From Chiloscyllium plagiosum (taxonomy: Eukaryota), in contig NC_057719.1 of the NCBI RefSeq assembly GCF_004010195.1, positions 41,690,249 through 41,754,248 on the forward strand: a stretch of DNA of 64,000 bases, written 5' to 3'. The position numbers and the translations under genes were made by a program. The notes beneath the pieces were generated by a model that did no database searches, was not told the DNA's origin, and saw only the letters and a list, made by a program, of their open reading frames with translations. Below, piece by piece: positions 39,277-52,290 of this stretch; the first letter of the stretch is position 1, and each line of letters opens with the position of its first letter.

Positions 39277-39379
39277 TAAATAATTTCTCCTCATCTCTAT
39301 TTTAAATCTGCTATCCATTATCCTAAAATTATGACCTCTGGTTTTAGAATGCCTCACATGAGGAACTAACCTCTCCAGA

Positions 39380-39690
39380 GGGGGCATGGTGACCCAGTGG
39401 TTAGCTCTGCTGCCTGACAGTGCTAGGGACCTGCGTTTGATTCCACCCTTGGGTGACTCCAGCTTCCTCTCACAGTCTAAAGATGCAGAGGTTAGGTCGA
39501 TCGGCCATGCTAAATTGTCCACAGCAATGTGTAGGTTAGATGGATTAGCCATGTTAAATGTGGGATTACGGGACTAATGTACGGGGGTGGGGGGGGGGGG
39601 GGGGGGGGGGTGTGGATGGGATGCTTTTCCAAGAATTGGTGTGAGTTCAATAGGCCAAATGGCCTGCTTCCAAACTGTAAGGATTCTATG
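39380..39690 (+). mobile_element. HE1-type V-SINE (internally deleted, poly-G expansion)
   Basis: tRNA head and ggccaaatggcctgcttcc...ggattctatg tail. Confidence 0.8.
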
Positions 39691-42600
39691 AAATCTTTGT
39701 CAATTGCCTTTAGCATTTTATGTACCTTAATTAGATCTCCTTTCATTTTTCTAAACATTGGAGCATATAGGCCTAAACTGCTCAATCTCTCTTCATAAAT
39801 CAAATCCCTCATCCCTGGAATCAGTCTAATGAATCACCTCTGAACTGCCTCTAATACAACTACATCTCTCCTCAGGTAAAGGGACCAAAATTGTATCCAA
39901 TAATCCTAGCGCAGTCTCACCAGTACTGTGCAGGGGGCACCCAAATCCCTCTTCAATCTGACATTTCTCTCCATTGAGATAATAAGTTGGCTTTTTATTC
40001 CACTGACCAAAATGGATTACATCACACCTATCTGCATTAAACTTCATCTGCCAAATTTTGACCCATTCACCTAATTTATTCGGATCTGTTTGTACATTCC
40101 TTATTTCTTCATTGCAAATTTCTTTACCACCTATTTTAGTGTCATCTGAAAATTTGGCTGTAATATTTTCTATCACCACATCCAAGACATTCATATATTG
40201 CTGAAAGATTTGCTCCAATCTTAAATAAGTCAAAAATTTAATTGTGAATGAGAAGATTCTAACAATAATTTCGAACCCTATGTGGTTAGAATAAAATTAA
40301 AACTTAAGATTTTCAGCTTGTTTCTGACAATTGCTTCATTTTAGTAACCAAGTGTTGATATAGAAAACATTTTACCAAATGTTTCAAATTCTGAACATCA
40401 ATTAACCTCATATATTTTGTAACATGGATCTATTTATATGAATTTAGAATGCTTTCAAAGGTTGCTGGTATTGCAATGGGGAATAAACTAAAACTTGTTA
40501 GCAGCCTATGAATGAATATTTTAAAAAAAGGAACAAAATGGCATGGGAAGCATTTAGCAAGTTCTAATGTTATAATTGCTTTGAGTTAATTATCAAAAAC
40601 AAAACAGGAGTAACTACCATGTGGCAACAAAGCACAACAAGGAATGAATGGGATGAATAACCAGTTCATCCTTTTCTCTTCTGCAGGACCTTTCTCTTCT
40701 GTAATGACATGTATTGAATAGGTGGATAAAATTCAAATTTTTTTTAAAGCATAGCTTCCCAGAATTTTCCGTGAAGCAATTCACCTACTGGGCACTCAAT
40801 GCAAAAAATGTATGCTTGAGTGGATTTCTGTTCTGTAACATTTAATGTAATTTAACCTAAGCATTACAACAACACAGTATTTGAAATCCCAATATGTCTG
40901 ACTTTGCAGTACTGCTCAGACTGACTTGAGTGTTCATTTGGGACTGATTTCTTCTCTTTGTTATGAGGAGGGAAAAGGCACCTGCTTCCAAACATATATG
41001 CCTCTCCTTACTGCCAATTTGGAGTGTTGTAGGAGAAAATTCTGTTCAGCTGCAATATAGGTGGTTTACAGAAATCAATAGCACAGGGGTTTGTAATCAG
41101 CAAGAAATAAACAGTATTCAAATATGATCAAATATTCTCTGAAACAGCACTCAACCATTTTGGATGGAATAATATATGCTAGAGTGTTTCCACGTTAGGA
41201 CTGAAATGCTGGATCTTATCTTCTGGTTAATGACATTGCTTTTTAATGTAATATGTTAAGTATCTATCTTTATTGTGCTTGTATGTTTATCATATTTCAT
41301 TTGTTACAACCATTATTTATTCGTAAATAGAATATTTGACTCTGCATAATTATTTCAGGAATGATCATCATGTTTATGCACATGAGTTAGATGGGAATCA
41401 TAATATCATAATTCTAAAAGTATAAATCCAGCAAAGTTTAGGACAATGAAATCATGGTCATCGGCAATGCCATTTTGTTAGTGATGCATTTTAATAGATT
41501 TGGGGGCCTGTAGCTTTCAGGAAAGTTTGTGTAGTTTTGCCGATGTTGAAAGAATGAGGGTTAGTTATAATTAGTTCCTGCCGTGGCCCCTGTTGATTAT
41601 GCCAGTTAAATAAGGTGTGCCAATTTTAGCAGATGTGTACACTTTGCTACATTTGCAACTCTGTCTGCTGGATCAACACCGCCATCTGTATAAAGTGCTC
41701 CAGCTGACTCTGATATGCTCTGATCCAGCTATTTATTCTCTTTCTGATGTTTTTCAATGTCAAATATAAGTCTTGATAGAGATAAGAGAATAATATATTC
41801 TAAACATGAATTATAAACCCTTTGGGTTTGCCTTTGCATTTTCCAGGAAACAATCACTTGAGAAAAAGTGCTAGGGAAACTAATGGGGATAAAGACTGTT
41901 ATGCCCCAAGGACCTGATGAGATCCATCCTATCTGCCACCTTGTCCTTCCAGATAGTAGAGATTGTGGGGTTGGAAAATGTGGTCTAAGGACCCTTGGTA
42001 AATTATGCAACTGATTTCATTCCCATTCGACCATGGGCCTTAACTTTGATGGAATTTATTTTTGGAATTCCATGTATACTACATCTTTAATATTGCATCA
42101 ATGGATTGACAGGACTGTGCTTGTGTTATCAATTCAGGTTCCTAGGCCAATACTGGGTAGACATTCTGGTTTCATTCATTTTCGTCATTGCTGAAATTTG
42201 ATTCAATCAAGTGGCTTGTGAAGCCATTCAAAATTCAATCATGTTGCTGTGGGCAGCGAATTTCCATCCTTAAAGAGCATTCGTGAACCAATGATCTTTT
42301 AAATGAAAATCAGGAATGCTTTCTTGGTTACTGTTAAAACAGGTCTTTGTTTCTTGATTTTTATTAATTGGTTTTAAATTCCATCAGCTGTGGTGGAATT
42401 TGAACCTACGTCTCTTGAGCATTAACCCGAGCCTACTGGATTACTAATCCAGTGATGTCACTACTATGTCATCACATTCCCATGAGGATAAAGCTTGTGG
42501 CATCTGTACAATACTTTCTGTTCAATGTATATTAGAGTCATTTTTTAAGGCTGCTGAAAGGTTAAATTTTCAACACTCATATTGCATTAAAAAAAAACAA

Positions 42601-43637
42601 CCAATATTTCCCCGGTTAACACTGTTGTTTCTTATTTCATACCCTAAAAATACTTCTGTCTCCTCTCTCTCGGCAACTAAAGCCTTCTAGTAATCTACAC
42701 TGCGTTGATGCCAGTGCCAAGTAGACTTTATGTTTTCTGTGTTCCACTTATTCTTCAGCTTGATCTCTGCACCATATAGCTTAGTGCATGAGCCCACATA
42801 ACTGCTCCACTCCACATCTCCCATGTCCATACTACCTACTGCCTGTTGTGTTCCTCATCTCCCTATCTAAACCACAAACTGACTTTCCATAAATAATACA
42901 GGGAAAGATTCACTAGCATCTATAAGACAAATGCAAAAGTCCAAAACGTAATTTATGACCATGTCCTGCCATTGTTATTAGATTTCAGCATACATTAATA
43001 TTTGAAGTTAAGAGTAACTGCATTAATCAGTACACTGCAAAATGAGGACACATGAGTTAGGAATGTAAATTGCATACATCAGGTTAATCTTGTTTTTGCT
43101 CATTCATGATTGGTGATGGGGAATCAAGCCCTATTATGTGTTACATATATACAAGTTCTAAAATAGAAGAACCATTTATAATCCTCAGGCAGTTATTCTC
43201 AGGTAATGTTGATTCATAATTTATATTTCTACCAGTGACGACTGCATGCTGTTTAGCTTCACATTCTAATGTGACTATTAAGAAAGTTTTTCCTAATTAT
43301 TTAAAGTAAGCTAGTTGATACATCAAAACAGAACATGGAACATAGAACAATACAGCGCAGTACAGGCCCTTTGGCCCTCGATGTTGCACCAACCTGTGAA
43401 ACTGATCTGAAGCCCATCTAACCTACACTATTCCATTAAAGAACATAGAACATTAGAGCGCAGTACAGGCCCTTTGGCCCTCGATGTTGTACCAACCTGT
43501 GGAACCAATCTGAAGCCATCTATCCTATACTACTCTATTTTCATCCATATGTTTATCCAATGACCATTTAAATGAACTTAAAGTTGGCGAGTCCTACTGT
43601 TATTGTGGTTCTGTTCGCCGAGCTGGGAATTTGTGTT

Positions 43638-43677
43638 GCGGACGTTTCGTCCCCTGTCTAGGTGACATCCTCAGTGC
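43638..43677 (-). ncRNA. Minimal hammerhead ribozyme (minus-strand copy)
   Basis: GCA-CTGAGGA-T-GTCACC-TAGACA-GGGGAC-GAAAC-GTC-cGC. Confidence 0.72.
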
Positions 43678-43796
43678 TTGGGAGCCTCCTGTAAAGCGCT
43701 TCTGTGATGTTTCCTCTGGCATATATAGTGCCGGAGGAAACATCACTATAAATGCCGGAGGAAACATCACAGAAGCGCTTCACAGGAGGCTCCTAA

Positions 43797-43836
43797 GCAC
43801 TGAGGATGTCACCTAGGCAGGGGACGAAACGTCTGC
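43797..43836 (+). ncRNA. Minimal hammerhead ribozyme, intact core
   Basis: GCA-CTGAGGA-T-GTCACC-TAGGCA-GGGGAC-GAAAC-GTC-TGC; helix I GCA/TGC, palindromic ACGT helix III, GUC triplet. Confidence 0.8.
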
Positions 43837-46800
43837 AACACAAATTCCCAGCTCGGCAAACAGAACCACAACAACGAGCACCCAAGCTACAAACCTTTTC
43901 CCAAAATTTGAGTCTACAACTGTTGCTGGCAGGGCATTCCACACCCCTACTACTCTGAGTAAAGAAACTACCTCTGACATCTGTCCTATATCTATCACCT
44001 CTCAGTTTAAAGCTAAGTCCCCTCATGCTAGCCATCACCATCCGAGAAAAAAGGCTTTCACTGTCCACCCTATCCAATCATCTGATCTTCGTGCATGCCT
44101 CTATTAAATCACCTCTTAACTTTCTTCTCTCTAATGAAAACAGCCTCAAGTCTCTCAGCCTTTCCTCATAAGAGCTTCCCTCCATACCAGACAACTTCCT
44201 GGTAAATTTCTTCTGCAGTCTTTCCTATGCTTCCACGTCCTTCCTATAATGCAGCAACCAGAACTGTGTGCAACACTCCAAGTACGGCCGCACCAGAGTT
44301 TTGTACAGCTGCAACATGATCCTATGGCTCCGAAACTCAATCCTTCTACCAATAAAGGCTGACACACTGTACACCTTCTTAAACAAATCTATCAGCCGAG
44401 TTGGCAACTTTCAGGTATCTATGCACACGGACACCAAGGTTTCTGTGCTCATCCACACTACCAAGAATCTTACCATTAGCCCACTGTATTCCTGTTACTC
44501 CTTCCAAAGCGAATCACCTCACATTTTTCCACATTAAACTCCATTTGCCACCTCTCAGCCAAGCTCTGCACTTTATCTATGTCCCTCTGTAACCTGCAAA
44601 ATCCATCCGCACTGTCCACAACTCTACCAATTTTGGTGTCATCCGCAAATTTACTAACCCATCCGTCTGGGCCCTCATTCAGGTCATTTATAAAAATGAC
44701 AACCAGCAGTGTCTGATCTTCGTGCATGCCTCTATTAAATCACCTCTTAACTTTCTTCTCTCTAATGAAAACAGCCTCAAGTCTCTCAGCCTTTCCTCAT
44801 AAGAGCTTCCCTCCAAACCGGACAACTTCCTGGTAAACGTCTTCTGCAGTCTTTCCTATGCTTCCACGTCCTTCCTATAATGGCCCCAAAACAGATCCTT
44901 GCGGTACACCACTAGTAACTGAACTCCAGGATGAACATTTCCCATCAACCACCACCCTCTGTCTTCTCTGATATGTTAATTTTAATTAACATACCTTTTT
45001 GATAATACTGTCTAAGCTGAGAATGACTTTAAATCTGTATAGTAATTGAAGCAGTTCATAATGGACGATTATTATGTCTCATTATTCTTGAGCATTTAAC
45101 AGTGATTAACCATGTCAAGTCAGAGGATTCAAGGCTCTGGAGCTGTCCTCTCAGTTCAGATGTACACCAATCAGTGCAGTACAGTTGAGAAACATGAGCA
45201 ATCAAGACATTAATCAAAGGCAAAGGAGGTAAATTGATTTTTACTCTGCTGTTAAAGCAATTGCTAGTTTACATTGTCTCTGCAGAACATTACATTCATT
45301 GGAAAATGTGCTTAATGACTGTATATAGCACAAAGCAGACATTCAGCAATAAATATTTCCCATTAGATATAAGTGAGATAACTCTATAAGTGAAGCTTTT
45401 CAAAACCCTTCTCCTATTCATGCCCTGAAGGCAGCAACTCACGTTGTTGAATCTGTTAATAATCATTAAATTGCATTTTTAAAGAAAATTATATGCTTTG
45501 TGATTAATATCATAATTGAGCCTGACCTCACTTTCTTTCTAGCAATATTATACTGGACATATACAATCATTTGAGGTTAAAATAGAGGTTGACAGGTGAA
45601 AATAAACATTTTTCATATTCTTGTCTGTGCTCCTTTTCCTTTTATCTACATGGGAGCTGTTGCTCAAATCTGCGAAGAGTCATGCTTGTGGATGATCACG
45701 AGGCAGAGCTTGTGGAGGTGGTTAAGTGATAAAGCAAGTGATAAAACAAAGCAATAAAGACAGTACAGTGACATTAAAGCAGTTATAAAACATACATTTG
45801 TAGGGACACATTTGTATCAGATTAGTTTACCAAGAATGATCTGAAAGCTTGAACTAATTTTAAGAGTCTGGCCTCAATATAATGAATGAATGATGCAAAT
45901 AGACGGATTTATAAGAGTGAAAAACTAAAAAGGACAATGCAATAAAACAGTTAAAGTGCTCCACTCAATAGGAACCATTAGCCAAAATAGGAGAACAGGA
46001 AATCCACAGGTGAAGATCATCATTTGGACCATTATTGAACTTACTTTTGTTTCTTTCCAATATCATAACAAAATGTTTTGGCTATTACCTGTTTTCTTTA
46101 AGACATGACATCCACTCATGACAACTTCTTTCAAAGCTTACTAATACTGCAAAACAAATGTATTACTCACACTATATTCAAAACATTTATTTAAAATAAT
46201 GTCCATTATGGTATTCAAAATTGCAAAGTCAAGGAAAAATTAATGCTAATAGCAATAGAGTTTTCTGCCTTTGGTCATCTTCAGCATCTTCGGTAATCAT
46301 CCAATTACTATGTAGATTAGTAAAACTTCAACCTCCTAATTGGTAAATGAACACGACCCCTAAATGTATCAGTGAAATAATCAGATATAAAAATATACTT
46401 ATTTGTTTTATTGAGAAAAGTCATAAGTCTATAGTCATTGATTAGCAGAGCACATAATTGCACTTCAGAATGGGATGCAAACTGAAGAACCCATTATAGT
46501 ATTTACCAATACACAAAAATATGTCTGATGCAGCAAAAAATCTTCCAAAATTAGTTTCTTATTTTAGACTCATTGGCAGAACTTGTTTTAGGGAAAAAGA
46601 CAATTTTGCCTAATTGACAGTTGGTTACTGCTTTTTTTATGGAAAATCAACACTCACTAACAGTCCTTTTCGTTTTCAGATCGAAATTTATCACTAAGAC
46701 AATGACAGTAATGTTTTATTGTGATGCTTAATGCTACCTGCAACCAAATTCTGCCCATGTTGTTACCAGTTTACAATGCTAATAGAGAAGTAAATAAACT

Positions 46801-47149
46801 AAAGGTGTTGTTCAGATTTGTCAAATAACCAATCTGATCTTCTTTTACAAACTCATTATGTGCAGTTCAGGTACTTGTGCACAATCTATGGCTGCGATAT
46901 GTATAATGTTTCAAGGTTGCCTTTCATGTCTTTAATATTTTGCTTCAAGTCACATTTTCAATCTATATTCACTGATATATAAATAATTTAAGTTTAATTT
47001 TTTAAAATCAAAAATATTTTACTGATCAGCTAAATTAATGGATTTGAAACACGAAAAGGGCAGCTAAAACATTGAGTAGATGAGATTTAATTTGAAATTG
47101 ATCATTAACAAGGGGGTCATACTTTCCTATTCCTTTCTTGTGCTTATGA

Positions 47150-47345
47150 CCTGAGGGCATAATCTAGGCTGATATTTCACTGCATTATTAAGATAGTGCT
47201 GTGTTGCCTGAGGTACTATCTTTCAAAGGAAATGTTAACTCTTAGCTTCTTGTTCAGGTGCATGTAAAAGACCCCATGGCACTATTCACATAACAGAGAA
47301 GTTCTCCATCTGTCCTTGCAAGCATTCCTCCCTTGGCATGAGCAC
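47150..47345 (+). mobile_element. Deu-domain SINE remnant
   Basis: tcaggtgcatgtaaaagaccccatggcactatt...gaagttctcc Deu-domain core. Confidence 0.65.
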
Positions 47346-47384
47346 CAAATATTGAACATTGCAGTTGGCAGTCAGATGAGCACT

Positions 47385-48290
47385 TACATTTTCTTTATTC
47401 AGTCATGGGATGTGGGCATCACTGGCTCACCAACATTTATTGCCTTGGAGAAAGGTACTTTTGTGAGTTTCTGTAGTCTGGAGGCATCCATAGTACTGTC
47501 AGGAAACAAATTCCCAGGTTTTGACACTGAAGGAATACTGACATATTTCCAAGGCAGCATGGTGAGTAAACCTGCACATGGTGATGTTTCCATGTATCTT
47601 CTGCCCTTGCAAGTACAGAAAACAAGTTTTCTAAGGCAAGAGATCACAGGTTTGAAAGGTTGCAAAGGAGTTTTGGTGAAACACACTATCACCACTGTGT
47701 GTTGGTAGTGAAGGGAGGGAATGTTGAAAGTGGTGTGAAAGGTGCCAGTCAAGCAGGCTGCTCTGTCTCGAATGGTTTGGAGCTTCTTGAGTGTTATTGG
47801 AACCGTATTCATCCTCATAAGTAGTGAGTATTCCATCACACTCCTGACTTATGACTTGTGTTTGGTGGACAGGCACTGTGTCATTTGGTGATCAGTTATT
47901 TGCCATAGAATTCCTAGCACCTGACCTGCTCTTGTGGATATCTTCTTTATATCAACGATCTCATTCAATTTCTGTTCAATGGTAATCTCAGGACATTGAT
48001 AGTAGTGTTTCAAAGATGATAATGCCATTGAATGTCAAAGGAAGAAACTTACATTTTTTTCTTGTTGGAGATGGTGACTACCTGATACTTGTGTGTTGTA
48101 CATATTACTTTCCACTAATCAGTTCAAGACAGAATGTTGTCCAGGTCTTGTTGTATATGGATATAGGTTGCTTCAGTAGCTAAGGAATCACGAATGCTGA
48201 TGTGAAAACTTCAGTGAAAATTTCCACTTCTGATCTTATTATGGAGGAGAGATCACTGATGAAGCTGCTAAAAGTGATTGGACCAAAACA
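47385..48290 (-). mobile_element. CR1/L2-group LINE 3' fragment
   Basis: MEYSLL...TLKKLQTIRDRAACL; tail gggatgtgggcatcactggc; same family as 32255-33030. Confidence 0.8.
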
Positions 48291-48999
48291 TTAGAACCTA
48301 CATTAACTCCAAAAGTACTTTGCTTCAAATTAATTTTTGGGCATTTCAGATGCCATGAGAAAGTTATGGTCTGTTACAGGGATTGTTACAGTCCTTGAAA
48401 CTGTTAAAAAGTATTCATTCACTGAATGACCACTACATGAAGAAATTACAAACAGGATTCTACTTCCTGTATCGTTTATTTTAAAATGATCAGACCCAAC
48501 ACAAATGATGTATGAATCAACTAGCAAATGATCATCAAAAGATGAACAGACCCTACAACCTCACTCAATTACAAGCACCTATATCACTCTCTGTACCAAT
48601 GTAGTGCCAACTTTCCAAGACAACTCCGGAAACATATGATCTCTAAACTTTCCCAATGGCGTAGCTTTTTAAGAATTCTTTTCTGCTGACCAGTCAATGG
48701 CTCATAATTTGGTCATCTGATACAAACTGTCAGCATATTTCGTGCCTAAACAACTTCACTTTTGGATTTCAGTGCCTTTTAACTTGTCACACGTCACTTC
48801 CCCAAGAGCTTCTGGAATTTTAATCTTGTTCTGATTATCAAAGAATACTATCCTTTTAGAGAAAACTCGGCTTGCTCAGAAAGATGCTTTGAACTTAATG
48901 ACTGTGACTTGTTCTAGCATTGGTTTGTGTTGGCTGCTTCCTTCTGTGTCTGCTGACCACATGGCTTCCTAAGACTCATCCAGTTTTTACAGCATGACA

Positions 49000-51900
49000 T
49001 CATGTTTGGACCAAGCATCAAACAGTTATAATCCAATTTTCCAACCCTGGGCCTGTAACCTTGAATGCAATGGTATTTCAAGTGTACATCTGAGTAAATC
49101 TCAAATATCTTGAGAATTTTCCCCTTCCATCACTCTTTCAGGCAGTGAGATCCAGATACCCACAACTCTCTAGGTGACAATGTTCAAATCCCCTCTAAAC
49201 CTTCTGCTTCTTAAAACTGTTTCCCCTGGTTTTGGGCCTCTCTATTAAGAGGAAACATTTCTCCCTTTCTACCATATCTATACCTCTCAAAAATGTATGC
49301 ATCTAAACGAGACCATGTGATCACATTCTTCCTATAGTGTGGTGACCAGAACTGCACACACTTCAACTGTGCCCAACTAACACTATATACAGCTCCTCCG
49401 TTAAGGAAAGCAGGTATTCCACATGCCTTTTTAACTGCCTGATCTACCTGTCCTGCTGTCTTCAAGGTCTTTCCAATCCTTTGCATTTCCCCTCCATCCC
49501 ACCCCACCACCCCATCCCACTAACTTTTAACTTTTTAAATTACCCTACCTGGAGAATGAAGGCTCAATGAAGGGAACCAAGTTGCAGACCAGAGCACAGA
49601 GCAGGGAACAGATCAAGCATGGGCTGACCTGGGAGCCCAGTCACAGGCTGGAGACCAGAGAGGGGAGCAAAGTGACTGTGGGCTAAGCTGGAAGGCCAGT
49701 CACAGGCTGGAGACCAGAAAGGGGAGCAGAGTGAGTGTGGGCTAAGCTGGGAGGCATGTCACAGGCTGGAGACCAGAGAGGGGAGCAGAGTGAGTGTGGG
49801 CTAAGCTGGAAGGCCAGTCACAGGCTGGAGCCCAGAGAGGGGAGCAGAGTGAACATAGGCCGAGACTGTGACTCACTCCAAGCACAGGCCAGAGCCCAGA
49901 GAGGGGAGCAGAGTGAGTGAGGGCAGAGCTGGGAGCCCAGTCACAGCCTGAGCCCAGAGAGGGGAGCAGAGTGAGCGAGGGCTGAGCTGGGAGGCCAGAG
50001 CCCAGAGAGGGGAGCAGAGTGAGTGTAGGCCAAGGTTGTGACTCACTCCAGTCACAGGCTGGAGTCCGAAGCAGGGACCAGAGTGAGTGTGGGCCGAGCT
50101 GGGAGCCAGTCACAGGGTAGGGCATGAAGTGGGATGCAGTGTGACCATGGGCCGAACTGGGAGCCCAGTCACAGCTAGAGCCCAGAGTGGGGAGCAGAGC
50201 GAGTGTGGGCCGAGCTGAGAGCCCAGTCACAGCCAGAGCCCAGAGTGGGGAGCAGAGCAAGCATGGGCCAAACTGGGAGCCCAGTCACAGCCAGAGCCGA
50301 GAGGGGGGAGCAGAGTAAGCGTGGGCCAAGCTGGGAGCCCAGTCACAGCCAGAGCCCAGAGGGGGGAGCAGAGTAAGCGTGGGCCAAGCTGGGAGCCCAG
50401 TCACAAGTCAGAGCCCAGAACATGGAGCAAAGCGAGAGCGGGCTGGCTGGGGCTCAGGTTCTGGAGGCGAGTTCACATTAAAAGCCAGTGCATGGAGGCT
50501 GGGAGGCCTCGTGTTCTGAAGCCCAGTGGTCACAGACTCAGTGGAAAAGAGCTATAACTTTTTATTCTCATTCTAGACTTCTAAACTCTGCATTGCCATG
50601 TTGGTCCTTTATTTTACAATCTCAATTTTGTGAGAACATTAAAGTGTCAATACCTAGGTATCCTATCCCTAAGTTACCACCGAGTGTGCATGTGCCAATA
50701 AAGGCTACTGTATTCTGTTCCATTATTGTCCTGTAGTCTAAGGCTTTCCTCCTCACTATTTACCACACCTCCAGGTCACATGTCATCTGGGAACATACTG
50801 ATCATACCTCCTACATTCATGTTTAGATCATTAATGTAAGCAACAAACAGCAAGGGAGCCAGCACTGAACCTCCCAGTTCAGACCGTGCTCACTTGTTCC
50901 CTTCTCTGGGCTCTGGCCTGTGACTGGCCTCCCAGCTTAGCCCACGCTTCCAGTCACAACAACATCTTTCAATCATAACATTCTTCTTCCTGCCACTAAG
51001 CTAAATTTCGGTCCAATTTGCCATGGGTTCTTAATTTCTTAACCAGACTGTCATGTGTGACTTTATCAAAAGCCTGACAGACATCCACGTAGACTAGATC
51101 CACTGCACTACCTAGCCAACTACTCAAAAAATCAATCGCATTTATTAGACCTGATCTTTCCCTTACAAAGTTGTGTTGACTATCCTTGATCAATCTTTAC
51201 CTCTCCAAGTGAAGATTAATTCAATCCCTTAGATTTTTTTTCCAATAGTTTCCCGAGCACAGATGTTAGATTCACTGGTCTGTGGTTTCCTGGTTTATCC
51301 CTCCGACCATTCTTGAACAATGGTACCACATTAGCTGTCCACCAGTCCTCTAGCATTCCTCCTGAGGGTGGAGCTGGCTTGAGAACTAATGTCAGAGCTC
51401 CAACAATTTCCTCCCCTTGCTGCCCCCAGCAGCCTAGGATACATTTAATCTTGGACAGGGGGACTCATCCACTTTCAAGCCAGTTAAAACCGCTTTTTCC
51501 TTAGTTAATGTCTTAGCCCTAATAAAATTATAAAATGATTTTGAATTTTCTTTAATGCTTTTTCATGTCCTCCCTTCACTTTGATAATTTCTTTTTAAGC
51601 AACACTCTGTGTTTCTCTAAGGCATCCACTGTTTTAAACCTTCAGTATCTATCATAAGTTACATTTTTTTCAGATCCTGTCTTATTAAAATTAGCTTTCC
51701 ACCACCTTCAGAACCATTATTTCTGTTCCATCATTGTTCTTATCCATAATTACTTCCAATCTTACTGAATTATGGTCCCTATCATTGAAGTGCTCACATC
51801 CAGCACCATTCCTCTCTTGTAATATTTCCTACGTGCTGTTTAAAAGTACCACAGTCACATTTTAAGAATTTTACCCGTCTAAGCCTTTCACATTTTATCT

Positions 51901-52030
51901 ATCCCAGTTAATATTGAGAAATTTGAAATCTCCTACCATTATTACCCAATTATTTTTCAGTTCTCTGAGATTTGCCTGCTAACCTGTCTTTCTGTCTCGC
52001 CTTGATAGTTCACAGGTCAATAGTATGCCC
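49000..52030 (-). mobile_element. Long decayed CR1 (endonuclease to 3' end) interrupted by the satellite
   Basis: CVQFWSPHYRK; IKDSQHNFV...AVDLVYVD..QAFDKV; gttaatattgagaaatttgaaatctcctacc is the reverse of a VGDF.F.NINW-like motif. Confidence 0.8.
49580..50440. repeat. GA-rich tandem repeat, unit about 58 bp, roughly 14 degenerate units
   Basis: Unit ggagcccagtcacagccagagcccagaggggggagcagagtaagcgtgggccaagctg. Confidence 0.92.
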
Positions 52031-52290
52031 AAGCAAAGTGTTTGCTTCCTGTCAGTGACCACCACTACTCCCTACATGGAGAGCATTAAGGAATGGCACG
52101 GCCAACATTCAGCTGCAATTCCAGGGTTCAGGGGGCAGGGAGAACAGTGGGAGATAAGATCCAATATGGTGGAACCCAATCTGGGAGGAATGAGTGGAAG
52201 TGGGTCGTGCAAGATAATAGGGGACATGGGGGTTTTGGGGAAATGCCTCGTAACCAGTCCAAGCGCAGTGGTGGGAGTGTCCATCATGAG

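Larger units (their letters stand above)
38763..40200 (-). mobile_element. CR1 RT/3' fragment with two nested HE1 SINEs
   Basis: KFSDDTKIGG...WQMKFN; YEERLSSLGLY; taagaatataagaa tail. Confidence 0.88.
43595..43909 (+). mobile_element. PLE (Poseidon-type) terminal repeat in inverted head-to-head form
   Basis: 132-bp inverted arms 43599-43730 and 43744-43875; gagtc(c)tac repeated at both junctions; related to 62440-62590. Confidence 0.85.
43330..44970 (-). mobile_element. CR1 RT/3' fragment with duplicated tail, nested PLE palindrome and internal duplication
   Basis: FINDLNEG..GWVSKFADDTKIG; LYKTLVRPYLECCTQFW; gaacatagaaca tail present twice. Confidence 0.92.

Noticed and set aside
39583..39611. 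Poly-G tract as a functional G-quadruplex
   Set aside because: Homopolymer expansion inside a SINE; length unreliable
49742..50260. 172-aa repetitive ORF
   Set aside because: Translation of the 58-bp satellite
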